Part shown: positions 12,321-20,813 of the stretch, one piece after another
Layout of the letters: each line of letters opens with the position of its first letter
How positions within the stretch are numbered: position 1 is the stretch's first letter
From: an uncultured delta proteobacterium
GTDB taxonomy: Bacteria; Myxococcota; UBA727; VGSZ01
Reading direction: 5' to 3'
NCBI GenBank assembly: GCA_963775425.1
Contig: CAVZJB010000005.1
Coordinates: 640,001-704,000 of the forward strand
DNA length: 64,000 bases
The notes under the pieces: model-generated
Database searches by the model: none
What the model was told of the DNA's origin: nothing
The model's input: only the letters and a program-made list of their open reading frames with translations
Program-made: the position numbers and the translations under genes

Positions 12321-13604
12321 ATGACGCGCAGGGTGGTGGTGACGGGCGTCGGCATGACGACGCCGCTCGGTGTGACCACGCAAGAGAGCTGGGACGGTCT
12401 CGTCGCCGGCAAGAGCGGGGTGCGCACCAAGGCGGAGTGGGTGGACGCCGAGTTCGGCGGCCACAAGCTCCCCGTCACCATCGCCGGCGAGGTCCTCGGC
12501 TTCGACCCGGAGCCGTGGCTCGAGCAGAAGAAGGATGCCAAGCGGATGGACCGCTTCATCCAGCTCGCCATGTGCGCCGGCCACCAGGCCTGGACCATGG
12601 CCGGCCTGCCCCACAAGCTCGACGACGCCACCGGCAACCGCGCCGGCTCCATCGTCGGCGTCGGCCTCGGCGGCCTCGGCACCATCTTGTCGGCCTACGA
12701 CAACTTCAAGGAGCGGGGCCCGCGCCGCGTCAGCGCCTTCTTCATCCCGGCCATCATCGCCAACCTGGTGCCCGGCAACATGGCCATCCGCTACGGCCTG
12801 CGCAACGCCAACTGGGCGCCGGCCTCGGCGTGCTCGTCGGGCAACCACGGCATCGGCGAAGCGTTCATGCACATCCGCGACGACCGTGCAGACCTCATGG
12901 TCTGCGGCGGCGCGGAGAGCGCGCTCGAGCCGTTGGCGGTGGCGGGCTTCGCGTCCATGCACGCGCTCTGCACCTCGAAGAACGCGGACCCGGCGGGAGC
13001 CTCGCGCCCCTTCGACAAGTCGCGCGACGGCTTCGTCATGGGCGAGGGCGCGGGCATCATGGTCCTCGAGGAGCTCGAGCACGCCAAGAAGCGCGGCGCC
13101 CGCATCATCTGCGAGCTCGCCGGCTACGGCAGCTCCGACGACGCCAACCACATCACCGCTCCCGCGCCCGAGGGCGAGGGCGCGCAGCGCGCCATCCGCG
13201 ACGCGCTCGCCATGGGCCAGGTGAACCCCGGCGCCATCGGCTACGTCAACGCCCACGGCACCTCCACGCAGTACAACGACAAGAGCGAGAGCGACGCGCT
13301 CAGGGCCGTCTTCGGCGCGCACACCAAGGCCGGGCCGGGCAAGGGGCTGGCGGTGTCGTCCACCAAGTCGATGATCGGCCACCTGCTCGGCGCCGCCGGC
13401 GGCGTCGAGGGCGTCATCGCGGCGCTCGCCATCGAGCGCGGCGTGCTCCCGCCGACCATCAACTACCACGAGCCCGATCCGGACTGCGATCTCGACTACA
13501 TCCCCAACCAGGCACGCGAGCAGCGGGTCGACGCCGCCATCTCCAACTCGTTCGGCTTCGGCGGCACCAACGCGGTCTTGCTCTTCAAACGTTTCTCCGG
13601 CTGA
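12321..13604 (+). CDS. fabF: Beta-ketoacyl-ACP synthase II
   Basis: SACSSG, NAHGTST, GHLLGAAG, SNSFGFGGTN. Confidence 0.97.
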   Translation: MTRRVVVTGVGMTTPLGVTTQESWDGLVAGKSGVRTKAEWVDAEFGGHKLPVTIAGEVLGFDPEPWLEQKKDAKRMDRFIQLAMCAGHQAWTMAGLPHKLDDATGNRAGSIVGVGLGGLGTILSAYDNFKERGPRRVSAFFIPAIIANLVPGNMAIRYGLRNANWAPASACSSGNHGIGEAFMHIRDDRADLMVCGGAESALEPLAVAGFASMHALCTSKNADPAGASRPFDKSRDGFVMGEGAGIMVLEELEHAKKRGARIICELAGYGSSDDANHITAPAPEGEGAQRAIRDALAMGQVNPGAIGYVNAHGTSTQYNDKSESDALRAVFGAHTKAGPGKGLAVSSTKSMIGHLLGAAGGVEGVIAALAIERGVLPPTINYHEPDPDCDLDYIPNQAREQRVDAAISNSFGFGGTNAVLLFKRFSG

Positions 13605-13681
13605 GCGCGCCTCCGCAGGCGGTCCGCCGCCTGCCGCGCAGCGATTGAACGTCGACGAGCGGGTCAGGGTATGCTCGCCCG

Positions 13682-15496
13682 GTGGCAGACCCCCACGTCC
13701 TGTTCTGCGCCTTCGCCGAGGTGCCGGGCGCGTCCGCGGCCGGGACGCGAATGGGGCAGTGGCTGAGCGTCTTCGGCAACCGCGAGGTGGACGCGCTCTC
13801 CCTGAAGGGCCGCGAGGCCGCGCACATCCAACGGCTCGGCGGCGCGCGCATGATGCGCGTGCCCAACACGTCGGGGAAGCCGTTCCTCGAGCGGCTGTCG
13901 ACGTACCAGCGCGCGCTGCAGAGGCAGCTCGCCGGCGACCAATACGATCTCATCTGGTGCGGTGACCTCTTCTCGGGCGCCGTCGTCGCGCAGGCCACCA
14001 AGGACAGGGTGCCCATCGTCGTCGAGATCGCCGAGGTGCCCTCGCAGAGCCTGGGCGGCAAGCAGCTCGTCGCCGAGGACACCGGCGTGGTGCAGAAGCG
14101 CTGGCGCGAGCAGGAGCGGCTGGCGGTGCGCGCGGCCAGCAAGGTGCTGTTGCCGTCGAGGCACGCGGCCAAGCTCCTGTCGGAGCGCGTCGACGCGCGC
14201 ATCTTCCAGGTGGTGCCCCGCTGCGTGGACCGCACGGTGTTCACGCCGCCGTCGGTGGAGATCGACATCGACGACGATCGCCGCGTCCTCGTCTTCGGCG
14301 GCCGCGAGGGCGGACCGGCGTTGCGCGCCGCGGTCGGCATCGCCCACGCGCTGGCCACGCGGCTGCCGGCCAACGTCTCCATCGGCCTGCTCGGGCAGCC
14401 GTCGCTCAACGACGCCGAGGTGCGGGCGGCGCTGCAGAAGAAGAACCTCGCCGACCGCGTCGACCTCGTCGACGCCGACGGCCCCCTCGCCGTCTCCGCC
14501 GCCCTCTCGCTGGCCCACGTCGTCGTGGTGCCGAGCGCAGCCGAGGAGGAGGCGGAGCCCTTCGGCATCCCGCACCGCGCGCTCGAGGCCATGTCCTGCG
14601 GCCGCGCCGTCGTGCTCACCGGCCCCGAGGCCGCCTTTCGCGACGCCGCCACCCCCGGCGAGCACGTCGTCGTCTCGCCGGCCCGCGACCCGCAGCGGGC
14701 GGCGGCCGCCGCCGAGTCGCTCCTCGACGACGACGAGCGCCGCGGCGCGCTCGCCATCGCCGCCTCCCGCCACGTCGAGCGCACCGCGGATCTGGCGGCG
14801 CGGTCCACCGAGGTGGCGCAGATGGTCCTCGAGGCCGCGCGCATCAAGCTGCGCATCCACGCCCCGCGCACCGACGACCCCGACACCTCCTCCAAGTCCG
14901 TCCCGAGCCAGGCCCGGGCCGCGCCGCGCGCGGAGGCGTCGGCGCCGTCGGGGCCGAACCCGCTCGGGCCCGGGGGCACCTCGATCCCCACGGTCCGGAT
15001 GGAGGCGCCCGCCTTCAGCCACGTCGAGAGCGCGGCGTGGGAGGGCGACACCTTCCTCGACGGCGGGCCGGCGCCGCACATGGAGACGTCGCCGGACGCG
15101 GTGCGCGCGGCGATGCTCCTGTCGTCGGACGCGCAGTCCAAGGCGGGGGAGTCGTCGCTGCCGACGGTGCCGCCGGGATCCGTGCAGTCGGTGCCGTCCG
15201 CGGCGTCGGTGCCGACGTCGATCATCGTGCAGGCGGCGCTGGAGTCGCGGTCGTCGTCGTCGGATCCGTGGGCCGCGGACACCATCGCCGACGGGATGCC
15301 GGTGGAGACGCGGGGCGCGGATCCGGCCGTGCTGCACCGGGCGCCGACGTCGGCGTCGAACAGCAGGAAGAGCTTCCTGGTGGACGCGCGGCAGCCCTCG
15401 CGGCCGGAGACGCCCCCGACGGATCTCACCGCGGAGGACGCGGCGCTCTCGGACTCGTCGTCGTCGTCGTCGTCGTCGGACTCCGACGAGGACTGA
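13682..15496 (+). CDS. GT4-like glycosyltransferase with long disordered Ser/Pro/acidic C-terminal tail
   Basis: GT-B pattern (EPFGIPHRALEAMSCG); last about 220 aa are low complexity and end in poly-Ser. Confidence 0.8.
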   Translation: MADPHVLFCAFAEVPGASAAGTRMGQWLSVFGNREVDALSLKGREAAHIQRLGGARMMRVPNTSGKPFLERLSTYQRALQRQLAGDQYDLIWCGDLFSGAVVAQATKDRVPIVVEIAEVPSQSLGGKQLVAEDTGVVQKRWREQERLAVRAASKVLLPSRHAAKLLSERVDARIFQVVPRCVDRTVFTPPSVEIDIDDDRRVLVFGGREGGPALRAAVGIAHALATRLPANVSIGLLGQPSLNDAEVRAALQKKNLADRVDLVDADGPLAVSAALSLAHVVVVPSAAEEEAEPFGIPHRALEAMSCGRAVVLTGPEAAFRDAATPGEHVVVSPARDPQRAAAAAESLLDDDERRGALAIAASRHVERTADLAARSTEVAQMVLEAARIKLRIHAPRTDDPDTSSKSVPSQARAAPRAEASAPSGPNPLGPGGTSIPTVRMEAPAFSHVESAAWEGDTFLDGGPAPHMETSPDAVRAAMLLSSDAQSKAGESSLPTVPPGSVQSVPSAASVPTSIIVQAALESRSSSSDPWAADTIADGMPVETRGADPAVLHRAPTSASNSRKSFLVDARQPSRPETPPTDLTAEDAALSDSSSSSSSSDSDED

Positions 15497-15511
15497 TCGG
15501 CGGGGGCGGGC

Positions 15512-16237
15512 TCAACCGGCGAGCGACTCGTCGTCGACGATCTCCACCGGCGTGACGATGCGGACCTCCCCGAGCGGCTCGCCGCCGGACAGATCGACGC
15601 GGGCGGCGTCTTCCACCGCGACGAAGCCGTCCTCGCGCGGGGCGCCGAAGCGCGACACCGGGAACACGCGGGTCTCGCCGGCGCCGGCGACGTCGACGTT
15701 GGCCAGGACGTCGAACGGGGGCAGCAGCGCGGGGCCCGCGGGGGGCAGGCCGACGACGACGCGCGTGGGGGGATCGATCGCCAGGAGCGGGCCGGCGGCC
15801 CCGGGGGTCAGGGCGATCTTCAGGAGCCAGGCGTGGAGATCGAGGAGGGCGGCGCGCGGCAGGTGCGGGGGGATCTCGGCGGGATCGAGCTCACGGCAGG
15901 CTTGCTCGTGCAGGGCGTCCCAGACGGCGATCGGATCTCCGGGGATCGGCCCCACCCAGACGCCGCCGGCGTCGTCGGCCGCGCGCACGAGCGTGGGCAG
16001 CAGATCCCGCGCGGCCGTTGGGGTGCGCAGGAGCGGCAGGTGCAGCCGGAAGACGCCGCCATCGTCGACGAGGAGGCAGGTGGCGCCGGTCTCCGGCCGG
16101 CCGATCTCCTGGGAGGCGGATCCGTCGTCGTCGAGGCCAAGCGACGAAAGAAGACGTTCTCGGCGCAGTGCGCTATTGCGGGGGAACAGGGAGAAGACGA
16201 CGGACACGCGGGAACCCTTGGGGAGATCCGGTGTCAC
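15512..16237 (-). CDS. Hypothetical protein (start uncertain; ORF extends to 16354)
   Basis: Fills the gap divergently from the exbB-like gene; plausible composition. Confidence 0.65.
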   Translation of the reverse strand: MTPDLPKGSRVSVVFSLFPRNSALRRERLLSSLGLDDDGSASQEIGRPETGATCLLVDDGGVFRLHLPLLRTPTAARDLLPTLVRAADDAGGVWVGPIPGDPIAVWDALHEQACRELDPAEIPPHLPRAALLDLHAWLLKIALTPGAAGPLLAIDPPTRVVVGLPPAGPALLPPFDVLANVDVAGAGETRVFPVSRFGAPREDGFVAVEDAARVDLSGGEPLGEVRIVTPVEIVDDESLAG

Positions 16238-16384
16238 ACCCGGTAAGCAGGCGGAAGGGTGCTGAGCCCATTTGCCTAGTCGAGCGTGGGTGGTGTAGGA
16301 ACCGGTGTCCGATGTCGACGAAGGCGTCGTCCGAGTCATGAGCAAAGCGGTCACAGGAACAAGCGCCCGCTAAGGAGCAGAGGA

Positions 16385-17047
16385 ATGTTCGAGGCAATCG
16401 CAGAGCACTATCGCGAAGGCAGGCAGATGATGTACGTCATCTCCCTCTTCGAGGGCGTTTCGATCGCCCTGATGATCGAGCGTGTGTACGTCCTGTTCTT
16501 CAAGACGCGCCTGAACAAGGAGGCGGTCCTCGCCGGCCTTCGCGAGCGCATCTTCCGTGGCGACGTGATGGGAGGCATCCGCTTCCTCAGCGATCAGCCC
16601 CAGAGCCCCCTGACCCGCATCCTCAAGGCCGGCCTCCTCGAGGTCCGGCACGGCGAAGAGGAAGTGCAGGCGGCCATGGACGAGGCGGCCATCCACGAGA
16701 TGCCGTACCTCGAGAAGCGCACCGGCTACCTCTCGATGATCTCCAACGCCGCCACGCTGACCGGTCTCCTCGGAACCGTCGTCGGCATGATCCAGGTGTT
16801 CAAGGCCGTCGCCAGCGTGTCCGCGGCGGACAAGTCCACCATGCTGTCGGAAGGCATCGCCGAAGCCATGAACTGCACGGCGTACGGCCTCATCACCGCC
16901 ATCCCGCCCCTCGTGATCTACTCGATCCTCCAGGGCCGCACCCAGTCCCTCAGCGACGACATCAACGGCGCTGTTGCCTCGACCATCAACATGGTCATGC
17001 GCAACAAGGACAAGCTGAACGTGTCCGCGATCGAGGAGCAGGGCTGA
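16385..17047 (+). CDS. MotA/TolQ/ExbB proton channel protein (AglR-like)
   Basis: ATLTGLLGTVVGMI and GIAEAMNCTAYGL motifs; 3 TM; AGGAG upstream. Confidence 0.93.
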   Translation: MFEAIAEHYREGRQMMYVISLFEGVSIALMIERVYVLFFKTRLNKEAVLAGLRERIFRGDVMGGIRFLSDQPQSPLTRILKAGLLEVRHGEEEVQAAMDEAAIHEMPYLEKRTGYLSMISNAATLTGLLGTVVGMIQVFKAVASVSAADKSTMLSEGIAEAMNCTAYGLITAIPPLVIYSILQGRTQSLSDDINGAVASTINMVMRNKDKLNVSAIEEQG

Positions 17048-17075
17048 GCTGAAGCCGTAGCGGCTTCGGCTTGTT
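17048..17075 (+). terminator. Intercistronic stem-loop followed by a short U-rich run
   Basis: gctgaagccg-tag-cggcttcggc-ttgtt. Confidence 0.5.
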
Positions 17076-17087
17076 CGAGGAGGTTCC

Positions 17088-17579
17088 ATGGGCGGCGCAG
17101 CACCAGAGCCAACAAGCAAAGGGGGGAAGAAACCCCTCGATGCATCCATCAATCTGGTCCCCTACATCGACATGCTCATGACCATCATGACGTTCCTCAT
17201 GATGACCGCGGTGTGGACGCAGATCGCCATGCTCGAGGTGCAGAACGCTTCCGGCGGGCAGGAGGCGCAGCCCGAGGAGCCAGACCCGAACAAGCCGAAG
17301 CCCATCCTGGTGCTCGTCACGGAGACGGGCGTCAAGATCCAGGAAGAGCAGAACCCGGACATGCACGAGTTCCCGACCCGGGCCAGCGAAGGCGGCGTCG
17401 ACGTCGACGTCGCGGGCATCCAGACGGAGCTCAAGCGTCTGAAGGACGCCCGGCCGGAACGCCAGGAAGTGAAGATCCAGAGCGAGGACGGCGTGAAGTA
17501 CGTGAACCTCGCGAAGATCATCGACATCGCCACGGGGCTCGACCTCAAGGCGCTCACCCTCACGCCGACGGCGCAGTAG
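17088..17579 (+). CDS. ExbD/TolR family protein (AglQ-like)
   Basis: INLVPYIDMLMTIMTFL with conserved TM Asp. Confidence 0.92.
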   Translation: MGGAAPEPTSKGGKKPLDASINLVPYIDMLMTIMTFLMMTAVWTQIAMLEVQNASGGQEAQPEEPDPNKPKPILVLVTETGVKIQEEQNPDMHEFPTRASEGGVDVDVAGIQTELKRLKDARPERQEVKIQSEDGVKYVNLAKIIDIATGLDLKALTLTPTAQ

Positions 17580-17588
17580 AGGTCGACG

Positions 17589-18167
17589 ATGGCGATCAAA
17601 GTCAGGCGCGAGCGGCAGTCCGAGCGCTTTCACAGCTCGAAGATCCTCGGGAAGACCCACGGCCGCCGCTCCGGCGACCTCTATCTGAACGTCACCGCCA
17701 TGGTCGACATGATGATGGTGTTGGTGATCTTCCTCGTGATGAACTTCAACGCCTCGGGCGAGATGCTCTTCCTGTCGAAGGACATCAAGATGCCGCAGGC
17801 GGAGCACGGGGACACGGTCACCCGCGTGCCCATCGTGGCCATCTCCAACAAGAACCAGCTCTACTTCGAGGGCGTCATCCTCACGGATCTGAACAACATC
17901 GATCCGAACGACCCCAACTGGCGCATCGCCGAGCTCGAGGAAAAGCTCGTCGACAACCGCTCCCGCGCCGAGGCCATCGGCAAGCGCGAGTGGGCCACCC
18001 CCGAGGACGACCCGACCACCACGGTGAACGTCCAGGCCGACATCGGCACGGACTTCAAGCTGCTCAAGCGCGTGCTCTACACCTGCGAGCAGGCGGGCTA
18101 CGGCCGCATTCGCCTGGCGGTGGGTGACGCGCGCAAGGCCGCCGACGTCCCGGCCCCGACGCCCTGA
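17589..18167 (+). CDS. ExbD/TolR family protein (AglS-like)
   Basis: LNVTAMVDMMMVLVIFL; VQAD...FKLLKRVLYTCEQAGY. Confidence 0.92.
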   Translation: MAIKVRRERQSERFHSSKILGKTHGRRSGDLYLNVTAMVDMMMVLVIFLVMNFNASGEMLFLSKDIKMPQAEHGDTVTRVPIVAISNKNQLYFEGVILTDLNNIDPNDPNWRIAELEEKLVDNRSRAEAIGKREWATPEDDPTTTVNVQADIGTDFKLLKRVLYTCEQAGYGRIRLAVGDARKAADVPAPTP

Positions 18168-18484
18168 ACCCTGTAGGGACGGACCGCGCCGCCTGGGGCG
18201 CGGGCGAGCACCTGCCCCTCGGGGCCCGGTCCTCGGCGCTCCCCGCGCGCCCCGTCGCACGCCCCGGCCGGCGCGCCTTCGCGGGACCACGGGCTCAACG
18301 TCGTCCGCGACTGCGCTGACCGCGCCCGCCTGGCCCCGCGGCTGCGGCTCCCCGCGCCACCCCGGCGCTCCGCGGGGCACGGAGACAACACCCTCGAGGG
18401 CGCTCGGCGTGGCGCCTCCGGGAGCCTCCGCCGCCGGCCTGCGGCGCGCGCTTCTGCACGCGGACGGGGAGGCTCCAGCGCCTC

Positions 18485-18560
18485 CGCTCGGTTTGGCTGC
18501 GCTCAGGTTGGCGCGCTCAGGTTGGCTCTATTGACGCTCAGGTTGGCTCCGCTGAGGTGT
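18485..18560 (+). repeat. Direct repeats of CGCTCAGGTTGGC (3 exact, 2 degenerate)
   Basis: Copies begin at 18485 (degenerate), 18500, 18514, 18535 and 18550 (degenerate). Confidence 0.85.
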
Positions 18561-18762
18561 GATGCCGATGAGCTCCCCGGTGACGCGACTCGACCTTGGC
18601 GTTGAGCGCGGGCGCGTAGCCCGCGCGCGAGGGTCCGCGCGCTGCACGAACGCGGCACGCCTGATCCCTGAACGGGAACAGGCACGTAGGGCACCAAGGA
18701 AGACCTTGCGGCACCTGCCGCTCGGCCTTAGTCTTTCGCGGCCTTAGGGCCATTTTTTCGGG

Positions 18763-20202
18763 GTGTTCGTGCTTCTGCGTGGTCGGACAGTTGGGCCGCT
18801 CCTGGTGCTGTTCGCCGCGGCCGACCGCCCAGGCGCAGACCGCGCCGGGCGGGCCGCCCCCGACACTGCACCCACCACCGAGGGCGAAGCCGCGGCACCG
18901 CCGCGCGCGCCCGCCGCGCGCTCCACCGGGCGTCGGGCGCCCGGTCGCCGGAGGGGTCGGGTTTGCTCTGTCTGGGACGGCCGCTCCCGGCTTCATCTCG
19001 GCATCGACGCCGGTGCCGGGCTACGACTCGAATCCCTACTCCGTGCCGTTCGCGGAGAATACTTTCACCGGCGACGTGACTCTGCGCCTCCGGCCCTCAT
19101 GCGGACATCGACTATCCGGGAAGCCTGCTCGCTTTCAATGGCCGAGGGATGGTCGACTACGGTTATTTGCCCGGTGCAATCAACGGCGCCACACGACCGA
19201 CCGTCGACCCACGATAACCCCTCCGCCCTCGATTACTTCCTGCTCTATCAGTCGCTGCTCGCAGGGAACCTTGAGGTGAACCGCGGCGGCGCTTTCACAC
19301 TCGGCCTCGGCGACTCGTTCAGTTGGAACTCCGACCCCGGGGATATTGCGCTCGGCGTCTTGTTCAACCGAATCAACAATCAACTCCGCGCCGGCATGGG
19401 TCTCACACCCGGGGGCGGCGCCCTCAACCTGCGGCTCGGCTACAGTTCGGGTTCATCAAGTATCTCGACATCCAGGGGCTTAATGGCGCCATCGCGTCCG
19501 GCGTGCTTGACAACATGACCCACACGCTCGCGCTTCGCGCGGACTACAGGTTCCTGCCGCGAACGGGCGTGTTCGGAGAGGTGAGCGGGGGCTGGTCAAC
19601 GTATCCGTTCTCCTCGGTGAACCCACAGGCGTTCCCGGTCACCGCGACCATCGGGTTGCAAGGACAGTTGCTGGCCAAGGTCGCCGGCCTGGCATCCATC
19701 GGCTACTCGAACCCACTCGTCATCGACACGGTCCCTGACGGTAGCCAGGGCATCGTCACCGGAAATCTCATCGGTGTCGTTGGGCAGGCGGAAGTCCAAT
19801 GGCAGCCTTCGCCGCTCACCCACATCGGCGGCGGGTTCCAAGCGTAGCTTCGCCCCCGCGCCGCTGTATCAGTTCCTCGGCAACAACCGCTTCTACGCGC
19901 TCCTGACGCAGATGTTCGGCGGCCGGTTCCTCCTGACCTTGAACACCGGATACTCGATCCTCGAGTTCGGCGAGGAGCAGATTCCGGGGCTGACAACGCA
20001 GCGCGTCGGTCGTCTCGACGGCCACCTCGACGCGAACGTGGGCGTCTCCTACTTCTTCATCGATTGGCTGAGCCTCGGCATCGTGAACAAGACCGACTGG
20101 CGCGTGACGAACGCTGAGGCGCCGCCGTCGAACGGGGTCGGCCCGGAGAACCTCGGTTACATTCGGAATCAGACATTCGTTCTTGCTTCGTTGAGCTATT
20201 GA
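18763..20202 (+). CDS. Outer-membrane beta-barrel for polysaccharide secretion (Wzp/ExoB/EpsX-like), split by several frameshifts
   Basis: Segments from ORFs 18763, 18779, 19323 and 19774 join into signal peptide...GYDSN...amphipathic strands (ADYRFLPRTG)...C-terminal LASLSY; lies directly upstream of wza. Confidence 0.75.
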
Positions 20203-20203
20203 A

Positions 20204-20806
20204 ATGGCTCGGCTTCTTCTTGTCTGTAGTGTGGCCGCGCTCGCATGCGTAGCGAGTGGGGCGACGTGCGGAGTGCCGCCAGCGACGGCTCTGCCGCCGC
20301 CGGAACTGCAGCAGGTGGCGGTCCTGGGGCCTGGTGACGTCGTCGACGTTCGCGTCTTCAACGAGCCCGACTTGTCAGGGACGCACCAGATTTCGCCGAA
20401 CGGCACCATCAGGCTGCCGCTCGTCGGGGTGGTTCGCGCCGCCGGGTGCACTGCGGATCAACTCGCCGTCCGCATTCAGCAGGCATACAACGAGCGCTAC
20501 CTCAAGGACGCGGACGTCAGCCTCTTCGTTCGGGAGCACAACTCGAGCAAGATCTACGTCCTCGGGCAGGTTGCCAGACCGGGGCCCTACCCGTTCGACG
20601 GGCGCATGACGGTGATCGACGCCGTCGCCCTCGCCGGCGGGACAACCAAGTTGGCGGACGCGGACGACACACGCGTCACCCGCACCGGTGCCGACGGCAA
20701 GCAGACCGTGGTCATCGTGCGGGCGGGCTCAATCGGACAAGGCAAGGAACCGGACGTCGCACTTCAGCCCGGAGACATCGTCTTCGTACCGGAGACGCCG
20801 TTTTAA
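20204..20806 (+). CDS. wza: Short OPX/Wza polysaccharide export protein (Poly_export + SLBB)
   Basis: LGPGDVVDVRVF, GTIRLPLVG, VLGQVARPG, LQPGDIVFVPE; 200 aa with no C-terminal OM helix. Confidence 0.92.
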   Translation: MARLLLVCSVAALACVASGATCGVPPATALPPPELQQVAVLGPGDVVDVRVFNEPDLSGTHQISPNGTIRLPLVGVVRAAGCTADQLAVRIQQAYNERYLKDADVSLFVREHNSSKIYVLGQVARPGPYPFDGRMTVIDAVALAGGTTKLADADDTRVTRTGADGKQTVVIVRAGSIGQGKEPDVALQPGDIVFVPETPF

Positions 20807-20813
20807 GGCACCC

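Noticed and set aside
10358-13604. Type II PKS or aryl-polyene cluster
   Set aside because: Canonical fabD-fabG-acpP-fabF order, single KS, no chain-length factor
18485-18560. Possible mini-CRISPR
   Set aside because: 13-bp repeats with 1-8 bp gaps and no cas genes; the same applies to the 56883-56950 repeat
18763-19850. True pseudogenisation or phase variation of the barrel gene
   Set aside because: Many single-base indels in a short patch without long homopolymers, with intact neighbours, fit local consensus error better; reads are needed to settle it
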